Shown here piece after piece: positions 1 to 7,527 of a DNA stretch of 32,000 nt. The DNA comes from Candidatus Saccharimonadota bacterium. Lineage in GTDB: Bacteria; Patescibacteriota; Patescibacteriia; 2-12-FULL-60-25. The position numbers and the translations under genes are program-made. The stretch lies in contig CP064964.1 in the NCBI GenBank assembly GCA_016699205.1, forward strand, positions 450,001-482,000, written 5' to 3'. The first letter of the stretch is position 1. Every line of letters starts with the position of its first letter. Under the pieces are notes generated by a model that saw only the letters and a program-made list of their open reading frames with translations, did no database searches and was not told the DNA's origin.

Positions 1-50
1 AGCATGACGCCGAGCGCGGTCAGGACCAAACGGGCAATGAGTTGAATCAT
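1..50 (-). CDS. 5' end of a CDS running off the left window edge (N-terminus MIQLIARLVLTALGVM..., hydrophobic)
   Basis: There is an ATG at 50-48 on the minus strand and the frame stays open to the edge. It lies 12 nt downstream of the xseB stop in the same orientation. It is too short to assign. Confidence 0.3.
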   Translation of the reverse strand, partial: MIQLIARLVLTALGVM

Positions 51-62
51 ATGTTTGTATGG

Positions 63-260
63 TTAAGAATTTTTAATTTCTTTAATGCGGTTTTCTGCTT
101 CATCGAGTTTTGCCTTGAGTTCTTTGGCGAGCTCTGAGGCGCGCTCATAGCGCTTCATTCCTTCATCGAGATCGGGCTCCCCTTCTTCAAACCAGGAAGC
201 AATCTGTTCCAGCTCGGCGAAGGCTTTGGCAAAGTCGATATCTGATTTCTTTTTAGCCAT
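63..260 (-). CDS. xseB: Exodeoxyribonuclease VII small subunit
   Basis: This 65-aa helical protein (FAKAFAELEQIASWFEEGEPDLDEGMKRYERASEL...) is typical of XseB. It sits 3 nt downstream of xseA. Confidence 0.9.
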   Translation of the reverse strand: MAKKKSDIDFAKAFAELEQIASWFEEGEPDLDEGMKRYERASELAKELKAKLDEAENRIKEIKNS

Positions 261-263
261 AAT

Positions 264-1379
264 TTAGATGAGTTTTCCTTGCTTCCCTTCAATCATGGCA
301 CCAGTCTCGCCATCGCGCAAACCGATCGTAATGGGCATACCTGGCTTCAATTGGGCGACGGCGGAGAGAATATTTCCCTGCGTATCGCGCACGATGGCAA
401 AGCCGCGCTTGAGAATTGCTTCCGGATTAAATGAAGAGACGAGTCGCAAGAGCGAGGCAACGCGCTGACGGAATATCTCGAGCCATCGCTCGGCTCCTAA
501 CGTCGCACGCTCGATGATTTCACGGCCGTCGTCGATCTTTTGCAAAAGCGATTCACCAATCCCCTGCTCGAGTGTGGCGATCTCGTAGAGAACGTCGCGG
601 CGGTCGGGAACGAGGCGGCGGGCGGCGTCGGTTGGCGTTGAGCCGCGGACATCGGCAGCTTCTTCTACCAACGTCGTATCACGCTCGTGACCAATGGCAG
701 CGAGAACGGGGAATTTTGATGCGTAGACGGCGCGGACGACACGTTCATCGTTAAAAGCCATCAGCTCTTCGAGCGAACCGCCGCCACGTGTAATGACAAT
801 AGCATCGTATGGTCCGTTCTTTTGTGCGCGTTCGATGCAGTTCACGACGGAGTCCGGCGCTTTCTCGCCTTGGACGACCGCGTGATAGAGATCGATCTCG
901 AGACCGCGCCAGCGTTCTTCCACGATGCGTACGAAGTCGCCGTATGCAGCGCTTTCTCGCGAAGCAACGAGGGCGATACGTTGCGGGAAGCGAGCAAGTT
1001 GGCGTTTTCGAGACGGATCAAACAAGCCTTCAGCCTCGAGTTTAGCGCGTAGCATCGCCAAGGCTTTTTGGAGGGCGCCTTCACCGACGAGCTCGACACG
1101 ATCGGCGCTGAAGGAGAATTTTCCGTACTTGGGATAGATACGCGGGAAACCGTAGAGGCGGACGCGCATGCCGTCGGCGAGCGGGAGGTTGAGTTTTCCG
1201 AGAACCATAAAGACGGAGACGAGGGCATCGGCGTCTTTCACGTTAAAATTCACCCATTGTCCTTGCGAGACACGGAACTCACTTACTTCTCCTTCCAATG
1301 CGACGAGGGTCGGGTCCCAAATCGCTTTGAAGGTATCGTTGGCATAGGTGACGAATTGGCTAACGGTCAGTACTTGCAT
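264..1379 (-). CDS. xseA: Exodeoxyribonuclease VII large subunit
   Basis: The 371-aa protein has an N-terminal OB-fold-like segment (VSEFRVSQGQWVNFNVKD). The catalytic core motifs are IALVASRESAAYGDF, ITRGGGSLEEL and AIGHERD. It is paired with xseB. Confidence 0.9.
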   Translation of the reverse strand: MQVLTVSQFVTYANDTFKAIWDPTLVALEGEVSEFRVSQGQWVNFNVKDADALVSVFMVLGKLNLPLADGMRVRLYGFPRIYPKYGKFSFSADRVELVGEGALQKALAMLRAKLEAEGLFDPSRKRQLARFPQRIALVASRESAAYGDFVRIVEERWRGLEIDLYHAVVQGEKAPDSVVNCIERAQKNGPYDAIVITRGGGSLEELMAFNDERVVRAVYASKFPVLAAIGHERDTTLVEEAADVRGSTPTDAARRLVPDRRDVLYEIATLEQGIGESLLQKIDDGREIIERATLGAERWLEIFRQRVASLLRLVSSFNPEAILKRGFAIVRDTQGNILSAVAQLKPGMPITIGLRDGETGAMIEGKQGKLI

Positions 1380-2460
1380 GCGAAAAGGTTAGCACACCAG
1401 ATCGGATTTGTTCTGCCAGCTCTTTATCGGAAATTTTTACCAAAGCCTCGAGTCTCTTAGCCCGTTCCTCCCCTTCAACGATGCGCGGCTGGCTTGCATC
1501 GATCTGTAATGGGATTGGCTTGATGATGACGCGTTCTCCGAGCTCGATCTCAACGGCCATCCCTTGTCGCGTTCCAATCGACCAGTCTTGATCGAAAACA
1601 AAATTGCCCAGCGACCAGACAATCGGCTTGCCTTTGTAGCTCGAGATTCCCTGAACCCAATGCGGGTGTGCGCCGATCACGATATCGACACCGTTATCGA
1701 TAAACCAATGGGCGAGCTCGACATTTGAGACGTCCGGTTTGTCGCGATACTCGTTGCCCCAATGCATGTAGACGATCACGGTATCGGCCTGTTGCTTGGC
1801 GAGCTCGATCGACTGAAGCGCGGCCGTGCGATCGACGGGGTTATCCGTGTTGTTAAACCCAAGAAACGCGAGGCGTGTCGCGTGAAGCGTGGTTGTCGCG
1901 AGAGAAATCGCATCATCTTTTACTTGGTGGCCAAAAACAAGGAAGCCGGCGCCACGGAGACGATGGACGGAATCTTCATAGCCGAGATTGCCTTGGTCGA
2001 GGGCGTGATTGTTGGCTTGAGAGAACGCGTCGAGGCCTTGTTCTTTCAAAACAGGGATCACCGACGGATCAAATTGGAAATCGATCGTTTTTTCCGGTGG
2101 ACGGCGCAGATCCGTGACTGGTCCTTCCAAGTTTGCGACGGCGTAATCAAATGATTCAAACCAAGCTGATGGTAATTTTTGAAATGGGTAGGCAGGATCT
2201 TTGGAAACGCGCATGCGATCCCTCACCGTGCGGTCGAGCATGATATCGCCAACAAAAATGAGACGGATATTTCTTTGTTCTGGCGTGTCCAAGCCACCAT
2301 GGGTGACGGGGGCGGTGGAAGTCGAGAGGCCGGGAATGTGAATAACATTGATCCAATCGACAACGGGACAAATTGGTGTGAAGCGGGCGATCAAGATACC
2401 AAATACGCCCCCGAGCGCGAGTCCGAGGGCGATGCAAAACACCAAACGCCAAGGCTTCAT
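1360..2460 (-). CDS. CapA-family (PGA_cap) metallophosphoesterase-like membrane-anchored protein
   Basis: ORF 1360-2541 is trimmed to the ATG at 2460, which forms an ATGA overlap with the upstream stop at 2457. An N-terminal TM helix is followed by the motifs FVGDIMLDR, ANLEGP, ANNHALDQG, MHWGNEY and GAHPHW. Confidence 0.8.
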   Translation of the reverse strand: MKPWRLVFCIALGLALGGVFGILIARFTPICPVVDWINVIHIPGLSTSTAPVTHGGLDTPEQRNIRLIFVGDIMLDRTVRDRMRVSKDPAYPFQKLPSAWFESFDYAVANLEGPVTDLRRPPEKTIDFQFDPSVIPVLKEQGLDAFSQANNHALDQGNLGYEDSVHRLRGAGFLVFGHQVKDDAISLATTTLHATRLAFLGFNNTDNPVDRTAALQSIELAKQQADTVIVYMHWGNEYRDKPDVSNVELAHWFIDNGVDIVIGAHPHWVQGISSYKGKPIVWSLGNFVFDQDWSIGTRQGMAVEIELGERVIIKPIPLQIDASQPRIVEGEERAKRLEALVKISDKELAEQIRSGVLTFSHASTDR

Positions 2461-2897
2461 GCGACCATCCATAAGCCAACCAGACCAAAGTAGATGAAGC
2501 CCCAAAAAATATTCGTCAGGATGACGTCGACCATGAACCAATTGTCATGCTTGCGGCCAAAGAGGCCGTGACCCTCGATCGGCATGATGACGAGACCGGT
2601 AAATATGGCGAGGGCAAGCGAGTAAAACAGGATTGGGATAAAACCAAAGCCGGAAACGATTTGCTTATCGACTAAGTGAGCAAAGAGTAAGCCAAAAATC
2701 AGCGACAAACAGAGATGAACCAAGATACCCAGAAGATGCGCTTCCCGACGACTGATTTCGCGGCCAAATAATTGCGGTTGGTCAATGTCGCGGATGAAGT
2801 TTCCGGCCCCTAATCGCGGAGCAATATGCGAAAGAAATGTCATGATGGCTCCGGCTGACATTCCGGCAACGGCACCAACGAGAAGGAGGCTATCCAT
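2457..2897 (-). CDS. Small integral membrane protein (about 4 TM helices), family not recognised
   Basis: The 146-aa hydrophobic ORF is tightly packed between neighbours. It lies 3 nt after the upstream stop and has an ATGA overlap with the downstream start. Confidence 0.6.
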   Translation of the reverse strand: MDSLLLVGAVAGMSAGAIMTFLSHIAPRLGAGNFIRDIDQPQLFGREISRREAHLLGILVHLCLSLIFGLLFAHLVDKQIVSGFGFIPILFYSLALAIFTGLVIMPIEGHGLFGRKHDNWFMVDVILTNIFWGFIYFGLVGLWMVA

Positions 2898-2900
2898 AGG

Positions 2901-3968
2901 TTATGGCTGAAGAGATTCTTCCGGTGTTTTGCCCTCTTGTGAGATGACAACGTTACGGACGGATGGGAATTGCTTCAAGGTCTGCTCGATTTGCGCGCGG
3001 ATCGCGGCGACATTGCAAGAACCGCCGCCGTAGTTACCAAGTTCCGAGCTTAGGACGACCGTTGCCGTACCTCCTGAAACTTTTAATGTAACAAGTTTGG
3101 TGTCCGGCGGAATAGCGGAACGCTTGGAGCTCATGGTCGGACCGACAGAGAGGAGCGTACGTAAAGCTGTTTCAACGGGAAGCACGGAACGCGTGACGTC
3201 GAGCTCAACTGGCGACATTTCCGAACAGTCGGTTGTTGATCCGGATGGCATGAAAAACTTGGTTTTCATCGAAAGCGTCGGCAGACGGACTGGAATCTTG
3301 ACGACGTGAATCGGCGAGCCGTTTTCCGCCGAGTACTCGAGAACCTCGAGCGTGCCCGTGCTTGTTTTTGGAACCTGCAAGAGAAATGGACGGATCTCAA
3401 ATGGTCCGGCTTGTCCGACTTCTTGTGCATTAGCTGTGACAAAACCCTGCTGAAGCACTCCCCCGTTTCCGTCGAGCAAACGCCAGTTAATGGTGTTCTC
3501 AAAAGCGATGCCCGTGCCTTGTACAACGAATGGGCTCGTGAGCTGTTGGGACGCAAAAGCAGGATCGACACAGATGAAGTTACGATCGTCACAGGTCATG
3601 CCTGTTGGGCGTTCGCGAATTGGCGTTGTTTGTTCTGGCTGAGGCTGAACAATCGGCTCCGACTTTGCCAAACATTGCGGTACACAGACTTGATCGCAAG
3701 GTTCACCGAGCTTACAGCCTGCCGGCAAACCGCAATCAATCCAAGTACCACCCGACTCATTGCAGGAGATCTTGGCCGGATTTGTCGTTTCCGAAGGCTG
3801 GACGACGGGCGGGCGCGGAGCCGGCTGCTCGCTGCGCTTTGGTAATTGCAACCAGAGCCAAACAAGGCCGAATGAGGCAAAGAGAACAATAATCAGAAAA
3901 CCGGAGAGACGAAAACCAGCTCCGTTGTCTTCAATCCTTTTTTTGGATGTGGTTTTGGCTTTTGGCAT
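2901..3968 (-). CDS. Membrane-anchored Gmad2 Ig-like + GerMN domain protein
   Basis: ORF 2901-4112 is trimmed to MPKAKTTSKK at 3968, because the upstream gene ends at 3974. It has a TM helix, a Cys-rich linker and a Gmad2-like segment (FVVQGTGIAFENTINWRLLD...GPFEIRPFL). The C-terminal segment is GerMN-like (VETALRTLL...VTLKVSGGTATVVLS...AAIRAQIEQTLKQFPSV). Confidence 0.7.
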   Translation of the reverse strand: MPKAKTTSKKRIEDNGAGFRLSGFLIIVLFASFGLVWLWLQLPKRSEQPAPRPPVVQPSETTNPAKISCNESGGTWIDCGLPAGCKLGEPCDQVCVPQCLAKSEPIVQPQPEQTTPIRERPTGMTCDDRNFICVDPAFASQQLTSPFVVQGTGIAFENTINWRLLDGNGGVLQQGFVTANAQEVGQAGPFEIRPFLLQVPKTSTGTLEVLEYSAENGSPIHVVKIPVRLPTLSMKTKFFMPSGSTTDCSEMSPVELDVTRSVLPVETALRTLLSVGPTMSSKRSAIPPDTKLVTLKVSGGTATVVLSSELGNYGGGSCNVAAIRAQIEQTLKQFPSVRNVVISQEGKTPEESLQP

Positions 3969-3973
3969 AGGGA

Positions 3974-4804
3974 TTATGGCTTGATGACGATGACGATTTT
4001 GCGGCCGAGTTTCATGTCCGTTGCGTTGAAGTCGTGGATGGCGTCGAGCAGGCGTTGTTTTGGATAGAGATAGTCGGGGCCGTTGCGCGTTCCAGGGTCG
4101 TTGGTGATCCATTGGCCGTCTTTGGTGTAACCCTTGATGACGAGCATGTGATATTCCGGTCCGCCGTTACGGAAGTTGGGGTTCAAGAGCGCTTTGCCGT
4201 GTGCTGGTGCAATGACCGGATAGCCCTTAGCAAGCGCGGCTTTGATATCGGCTTCTGTCGCCTCGATGATTTCTATATTTGGACGGTTGAAGAAATTCTT
4301 GGCGGTGTTCATCACGTCTTCCGAGGTTGTGTCTTTGTTATAACCGTAGGTCTCGTCTTCGTAGGCAACGACATCGAGAATGGCTTTGACGCCTTCATCG
4401 GGACCAAAGGTTGTTTTGCGTCCATCGTAGTAGGCATCGACCATGATGAGGGAGGCTTCTTCGCAGGCGTCCTCAAATGGTTGAACCCAGTTTTGTTTTG
4501 GCGCTTGGAGCAAGAATGGAACAGACAAATTAATTTCTGCCGGGCTGGTTGGATTCGTTGTTGGGGCGGGTGTCGGTGCTGCCGGTTTCGTCGCAGGCTT
4601 TGTTGCCGGCTTAGTTGATGGAGTTGTTGTCGTAGCTTGCGCAGTGCTGGTCGGAGGAATGTACGGGATCGCGGCAGGCAGATTTGGGCGGGAATAGTGA
4701 TACGCTAAATCGCGCAGATTTCCGCGCCAGAGATAGGCCATTCCAGCGAGTGCGATTACGGCGAGAATCGCGACAGAAACACCGATTTGAACACGTTTAT
4801 TCAT
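3974..4804 (-). CDS. Peptidase C39-like (C39_2) domain protein with N-terminal TM anchor and Pro/Thr-rich KPAT linker
   Basis: The 276-aa protein has a putative catalytic Cys context (FEDACEEASLIMVDAYY) and a His context (EYHMLVIKGYTKDGQWITNDPG), as in papain-like C39_2 domains. Confidence 0.65.
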   Translation of the reverse strand: MNKRVQIGVSVAILAVIALAGMAYLWRGNLRDLAYHYSRPNLPAAIPYIPPTSTAQATTTTPSTKPATKPATKPAAPTPAPTTNPTSPAEINLSVPFLLQAPKQNWVQPFEDACEEASLIMVDAYYDGRKTTFGPDEGVKAILDVVAYEDETYGYNKDTTSEDVMNTAKNFFNRPNIEIIEATEADIKAALAKGYPVIAPAHGKALLNPNFRNGGPEYHMLVIKGYTKDGQWITNDPGTRNGPDYLYPKQRLLDAIHDFNATDMKLGRKIVIVIKP

Positions 4805-4810
4805 GGGGCG

Positions 4811-4839
4811 ATCGTACCTTGAAACAGGGGTTTGATCAA
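4811..4839 (-). promoter_or_regulatory. Sigma70-type promoter giving a leaderless mRNA for the C39-like gene
   Basis: The minus strand reads TTGATC (4839-4834), 17 nt, TACGAT (4816-4811), 6 nt, then ATG (4804). Confidence 0.55.
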
Positions 4840-4850
4840 CGATTCCGTAT

Positions 4851-4893
4851 AAAAATGAAGGCCCCGGTCCGAAGTACTTCGGACCGGGGCTTC
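4851..4893 (-). terminator. Rho-independent terminator of orphan cassette 1
   Basis: A perfect palindrome, gccccggtccgaagt/acttcggaccggggc (4861-4890), is followed on the minus strand by a T-run (4855-4851). Confidence 0.8.
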
Positions 4894-4907
4894 AGATGTT
4901 CGCGGAT

Positions 4908-5960
4908 TCAGGGGGCGAGGAGCTTGGCCAGAGTCTTCTCGATGGCCTTGCGTTGGCCGGAGTACTGCTGGAGCTTGAGGCCCGCGATGATGATGTTGTC
5001 GAGATCGGGACCCCAGCACGGACCGATGAGCGCGATGCCATCGTCCTCGATGGACTCTCCCTTGGGGAGGGCAAAGAGCATTGGATCGAGCACTCGGCGC
5101 GCGCGCTCGTATTCACGCTCGAGCTGTTCGTCGATGCGATGGCGCCGCTCCTGCTCCACCGCCTTGGACCGCATCTCTTGAGCGACACGCTCCGTGCGCT
5201 CGCGCTCGATGCGATCCTCGAGCCGCTGGAGAGCGCTCTTCATCTGCGAGAGCTGTCCTTCCATCTGCTCGACGCCTGCCTTGAGACTCGAGATGCCGCT
5301 CTGAAGGGTGCGGATGGTCGGGATGACCATGTCGAGCGCGGCGAAGGTCTGCTCGTGGCCCTTGGGCGCGCGCAGCGGGAGGTCGCTCGAGGAGGCGACA
5401 TGCCGCTCGAAGCTGTAGTAGCCGACCGGAGCGAGCGCGTAGACAGAGAAGCGGGACGCGAGCGAGCTATCGAATGCCCTGATCGCATTCTTGGTGACGG
5501 CGGGCTCGTCCCGGTACGCAGCCGGATCGAGATACTCGAAGGGCATGAGGACGAAGCCGAGGTTGTCGGCGAGCGCACGCATGGTGCGGAGGTTCGCCTT
5601 GGGCGTCTCGAGGATGAGCGTGCTCAGGTGCGCCACCTGCTTGATCGAAGGCGCATCCATACCATCCGCCAGACCTGGAAGCGATTCTCCCGTCGAGAGC
5701 GCGTACTCGATCGCGATGTCCCCGAGCTCTTGCGTGTGCTGCTCGGACTCGCGCATCACTTGAGCGCGAGCCACATCATTCTTGAGACTGCGCTGCGTGA
5801 TGTAGAAGCTGAGGCTCTTGATGAGCGCATCAGATCCCTTGCTCACGAAGTCCTTGCGCGCGAGCGTCTTGCGCTCACTCGTGCGGAACCGATCCTTGGC
5901 GAGCGGCTTGCGATCCGACTCGAGCTTGACCACACTGTGCATGTTCAAACCACTACTCAT
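4908..5960 (-). CDS. Orphan cassette 1: 350-aa hypothetical protein with C-terminal coiled-coil segment, strongly GC3-rich
   Basis: ORF 4908-5984 is trimmed to the ATG at 5960, which is preceded by GAGGAAAGGAAGG. Nearly all codons end in G/C (AAG, GAG, CTC, GCG). A heptad-like region is present (LQSGISSLKAGVEQMEGQLSQMKSALQRLEDRIERERTER). I recognise no family. Confidence 0.75.
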   Translation of the reverse strand: MSSGLNMHSVVKLESDRKPLAKDRFRTSERKTLARKDFVSKGSDALIKSLSFYITQRSLKNDVARAQVMRESEQHTQELGDIAIEYALSTGESLPGLADGMDAPSIKQVAHLSTLILETPKANLRTMRALADNLGFVLMPFEYLDPAAYRDEPAVTKNAIRAFDSSLASRFSVYALAPVGYYSFERHVASSSDLPLRAPKGHEQTFAALDMVIPTIRTLQSGISSLKAGVEQMEGQLSQMKSALQRLEDRIERERTERVAQEMRSKAVEQERRHRIDEQLEREYERARRVLDPMLFALPKGESIEDDGIALIGPCWGPDLDNIIIAGLKLQQYSGQRKAIEKTLAKLLAP

Positions 5961-6005
5961 AGACGCCTTCCTTTCCTCACTCAACCATCAAAGGGACTGT
6001 CGTTC

Positions 6006-6032
6006 TTTATAAGAAAATACTGGTCTTGTCAA
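6006..6032 (-). promoter_or_regulatory. Promoter of orphan cassette 1
   Basis: The minus strand reads TTGACAAGACCAGTATTTTCTTATAAA followed by gAACGACAG. It matches the cassette 2 promoter at 21 of 27 positions. Confidence 0.6.
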
Positions 6033-6049
6033 GGGTTACCGTCTTCTAC

Positions 6050-6095
6050 AAAAGCCCTCACTCGCGACCGTTTTCACGGGTACGAGATGAGGGCT
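6050..6095 (-). terminator. Terminator of orphan cassette 2
   Basis: An imperfect long hairpin pairs agccctcactcg (6053-6064) with cgagatgagggct (6083-6095). On the minus strand it is followed by TTTG. Confidence 0.55.
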
Positions 6096-6104
6096 CTCAG
6101 CTAT

Positions 6105-6659
6105 TCAGAAGGGTTGACGGACCAGCAGGATGCGCATCATCGAGCTACGACAATCTCCGATGTCGATGTACGAACTACCTATCGACATTTGGTCTGTGCG
6201 GCTAGACAGTGCGTAGCAGATACTCATCGCCTCGACGCGACCAAAAGCCCTCAACGTGCCGACAACGTAGGCTTGATTGTCGGAAGGCAACCTGACTGCG
6301 CGGGCGAAATCGACACCCTCTAGATCGATGGCAAATCGGTAGCCTAGCGAGCCGTAATACACCGCAAGGTCGTCCAGATTTGTCCAAAGGGTTTGACGCT
6401 GGAATCGACTAGGGATCTTTGCCAGACAGAAGGTGAGTTCCCGTGGCCTTTGATGAAGGTTCACACAGGAGCGATGGAACGTTCTCCTCACTTCTACGAT
6501 GTGGAAGTTCTCGAACCTGCTTTTCAGCACCTCGGGACTTGGAAGCTTGTAGGTCACGTGAACGCGGTGATGCTCCTCGTCCATCACGCCTGACTCTGAC
6601 GACAGCGGCAAACGTGCCGCAAGTTCCGCCATTGCATGGATGAGAGTCGGGCTCGTCAT
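6105..6659 (-). CDS. Orphan cassette 2: 184-aa hypothetical protein
   Basis: ORF 6105-6674 is trimmed to the ATG at 6659, because AAGGAGG (6670-6664) sits 4 nt upstream of it. I recognise no family. GC3 is moderately elevated. Confidence 0.65.
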   Translation of the reverse strand: MTSPTLIHAMAELAARLPLSSESGVMDEEHHRVHVTYKLPSPEVLKSRFENFHIVEVRRTFHRSCVNLHQRPRELTFCLAKIPSRFQRQTLWTNLDDLAVYYGSLGYRFAIDLEGVDFARAVRLPSDNQAYVVGTLRAFGRVEAMSICYALSSRTDQMSIGSSYIDIGDCRSSMMRILLVRQPF

Positions 6660-6689
6660 GCGACCTCCTTGCACTGTGTGCCTGTCGTG

Positions 6690-6716
6690 TTTATATCAAA
6701 ATATACGTTTTGTCAA
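6690..6716 (-). promoter_or_regulatory. Promoter of orphan cassette 2
   Basis: The minus strand reads TTGACAAAACGTATATTTTGATATAAA followed by cACGACAG. Confidence 0.6.
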
Positions 6717-6733
6717 TGCTCTCCTTGAGACTG

Positions 6734-6760
6734 AAAAGAGCTCCGTACGGAGCTCTTTTT
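6734..6760. terminator. Bidirectional hairpin terminator downstream of the cyclophilin gene
   Basis: The sequence is aaaa-gagctccgtacggagctc-ttttt. Confidence 0.8.
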
Positions 6761-6774
6761 GCTGTTTGTTTTGA

Positions 6775-7512
6775 TTACTCAATCGTCACGCTCACCATCT
6801 TTACTTCCGTATTTGGACGATCGTTTCCGTTGCGCGGCGTCATGGAGATTTTGTCGGCGACGTCTTGACCTTCAACGACGCGACCGAAGACAGAATAGTC
6901 TGGCGGAAGACCGACGCTATCGACCATGATGAAGAATTGCGAGCCATTGGTGTCGCGGCCAGCGTTGGCCATAGCGACGATACCTTTGCTATACGGAGAT
7001 TTTACCGGATCGTTCTTGAACTGATAGCCAGGACCGCTCATGCCCGTACCGGTCGGGTCGCCGCCTTGGATCATGAAGCCCGGGATGACGCGGTGGAAAA
7101 TCGTGCCGTTGTAGAAACCTTTCTTTACGAGATAGACGAAGTTGGAAGCGGCATTTGGACCTTGATCAGGATCGACCTGGACAACGATGTCGCCGAGCGT
7201 GGTTTTGATACGGACTTTCTTGTTTACTTCTTGAGCGTCCATGACGCCAGGAAAAGCGAGAGCTTCAGGCATAGGTGTTGGTGTTACAGGAGTAGTTGGA
7301 GTTGGTGCATCTGATGGTGACGGGGCTTGGCCGGACTCGGCGGGTGGATCGACTTTGGTATTTGCTGGCGGCTGGCCTTGGCTGGCCGCGTACTGCATGG
7401 CGACGGTGTCGCCGTTCATTCCTTGCGTCTCAGGCTCTGCCTGTCCGCAACCGGCTCCGAGAAGCGTTGTTGCGAGTAACGCTGGGAGAATCATTTTTGA
7501 GGCGTTCTTCAT
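6775..7512 (-). CDS. Cyclophilin-type peptidyl-prolyl cis-trans isomerase, lipoprotein
   Basis: It has a lipobox (LLGAGC), a Pro-rich linker and a cyclophilin core (FHRVIPGFMIQGGDPTGTGMSGPGY, MANAGRDTNGSQFFI). Confidence 0.9.
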   Translation of the reverse strand: MKNASKMILPALLATTLLGAGCGQAEPETQGMNGDTVAMQYAASQGQPPANTKVDPPAESGQAPSPSDAPTPTTPVTPTPMPEALAFPGVMDAQEVNKKVRIKTTLGDIVVQVDPDQGPNAASNFVYLVKKGFYNGTIFHRVIPGFMIQGGDPTGTGMSGPGYQFKNDPVKSPYSKGIVAMANAGRDTNGSQFFIMVDSVGLPPDYSVFGRVVEGQDVADKISMTPRNGNDRPNTEVKMVSVTIE

Positions 7513-7527
7513 AGTTTGACGAGTCTA

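Noticed and set aside
2901-4112. N-terminal extensions proposed by the ORF track: 2901-4112, 1360-2541, 19857-21242, 21079-22743, 22774-24450, 29141-29617, 30818-31921 and 8633-10822.
   Set aside because: The extensions overlap upstream genes, a tRNA or terminators, and they encode Arg/His-rich junk. Internal ATGs that abut or overlap the upstream stop (ATGA), or that follow a promoter or SD, give sensible N-termini such as TM helices, signal peptides or conserved motifs.
4896-6323. A 475-aa plus-strand ORF spanning cassettes 1 and 2.
   Set aside because: It runs antisense to two ORFs whose codons show clear G/C third-position periodicity on the minus strand. It also reads straight through the cassette 1 promoter and the cassette 2 terminator. 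This is the typical stop-codon-poor shadow ORF of GC-rich DNA.
4908-6659. Cassettes 1 and 2 as a toxin-antitoxin or two-gene defence operon.
   Set aside because: They are separated by a terminator and each has its own promoter. Their sizes (350 and 184 aa) and sequences match no TA or defence family I recognise. The duplicated promoter supports co-regulation only, so no functional claim is made.
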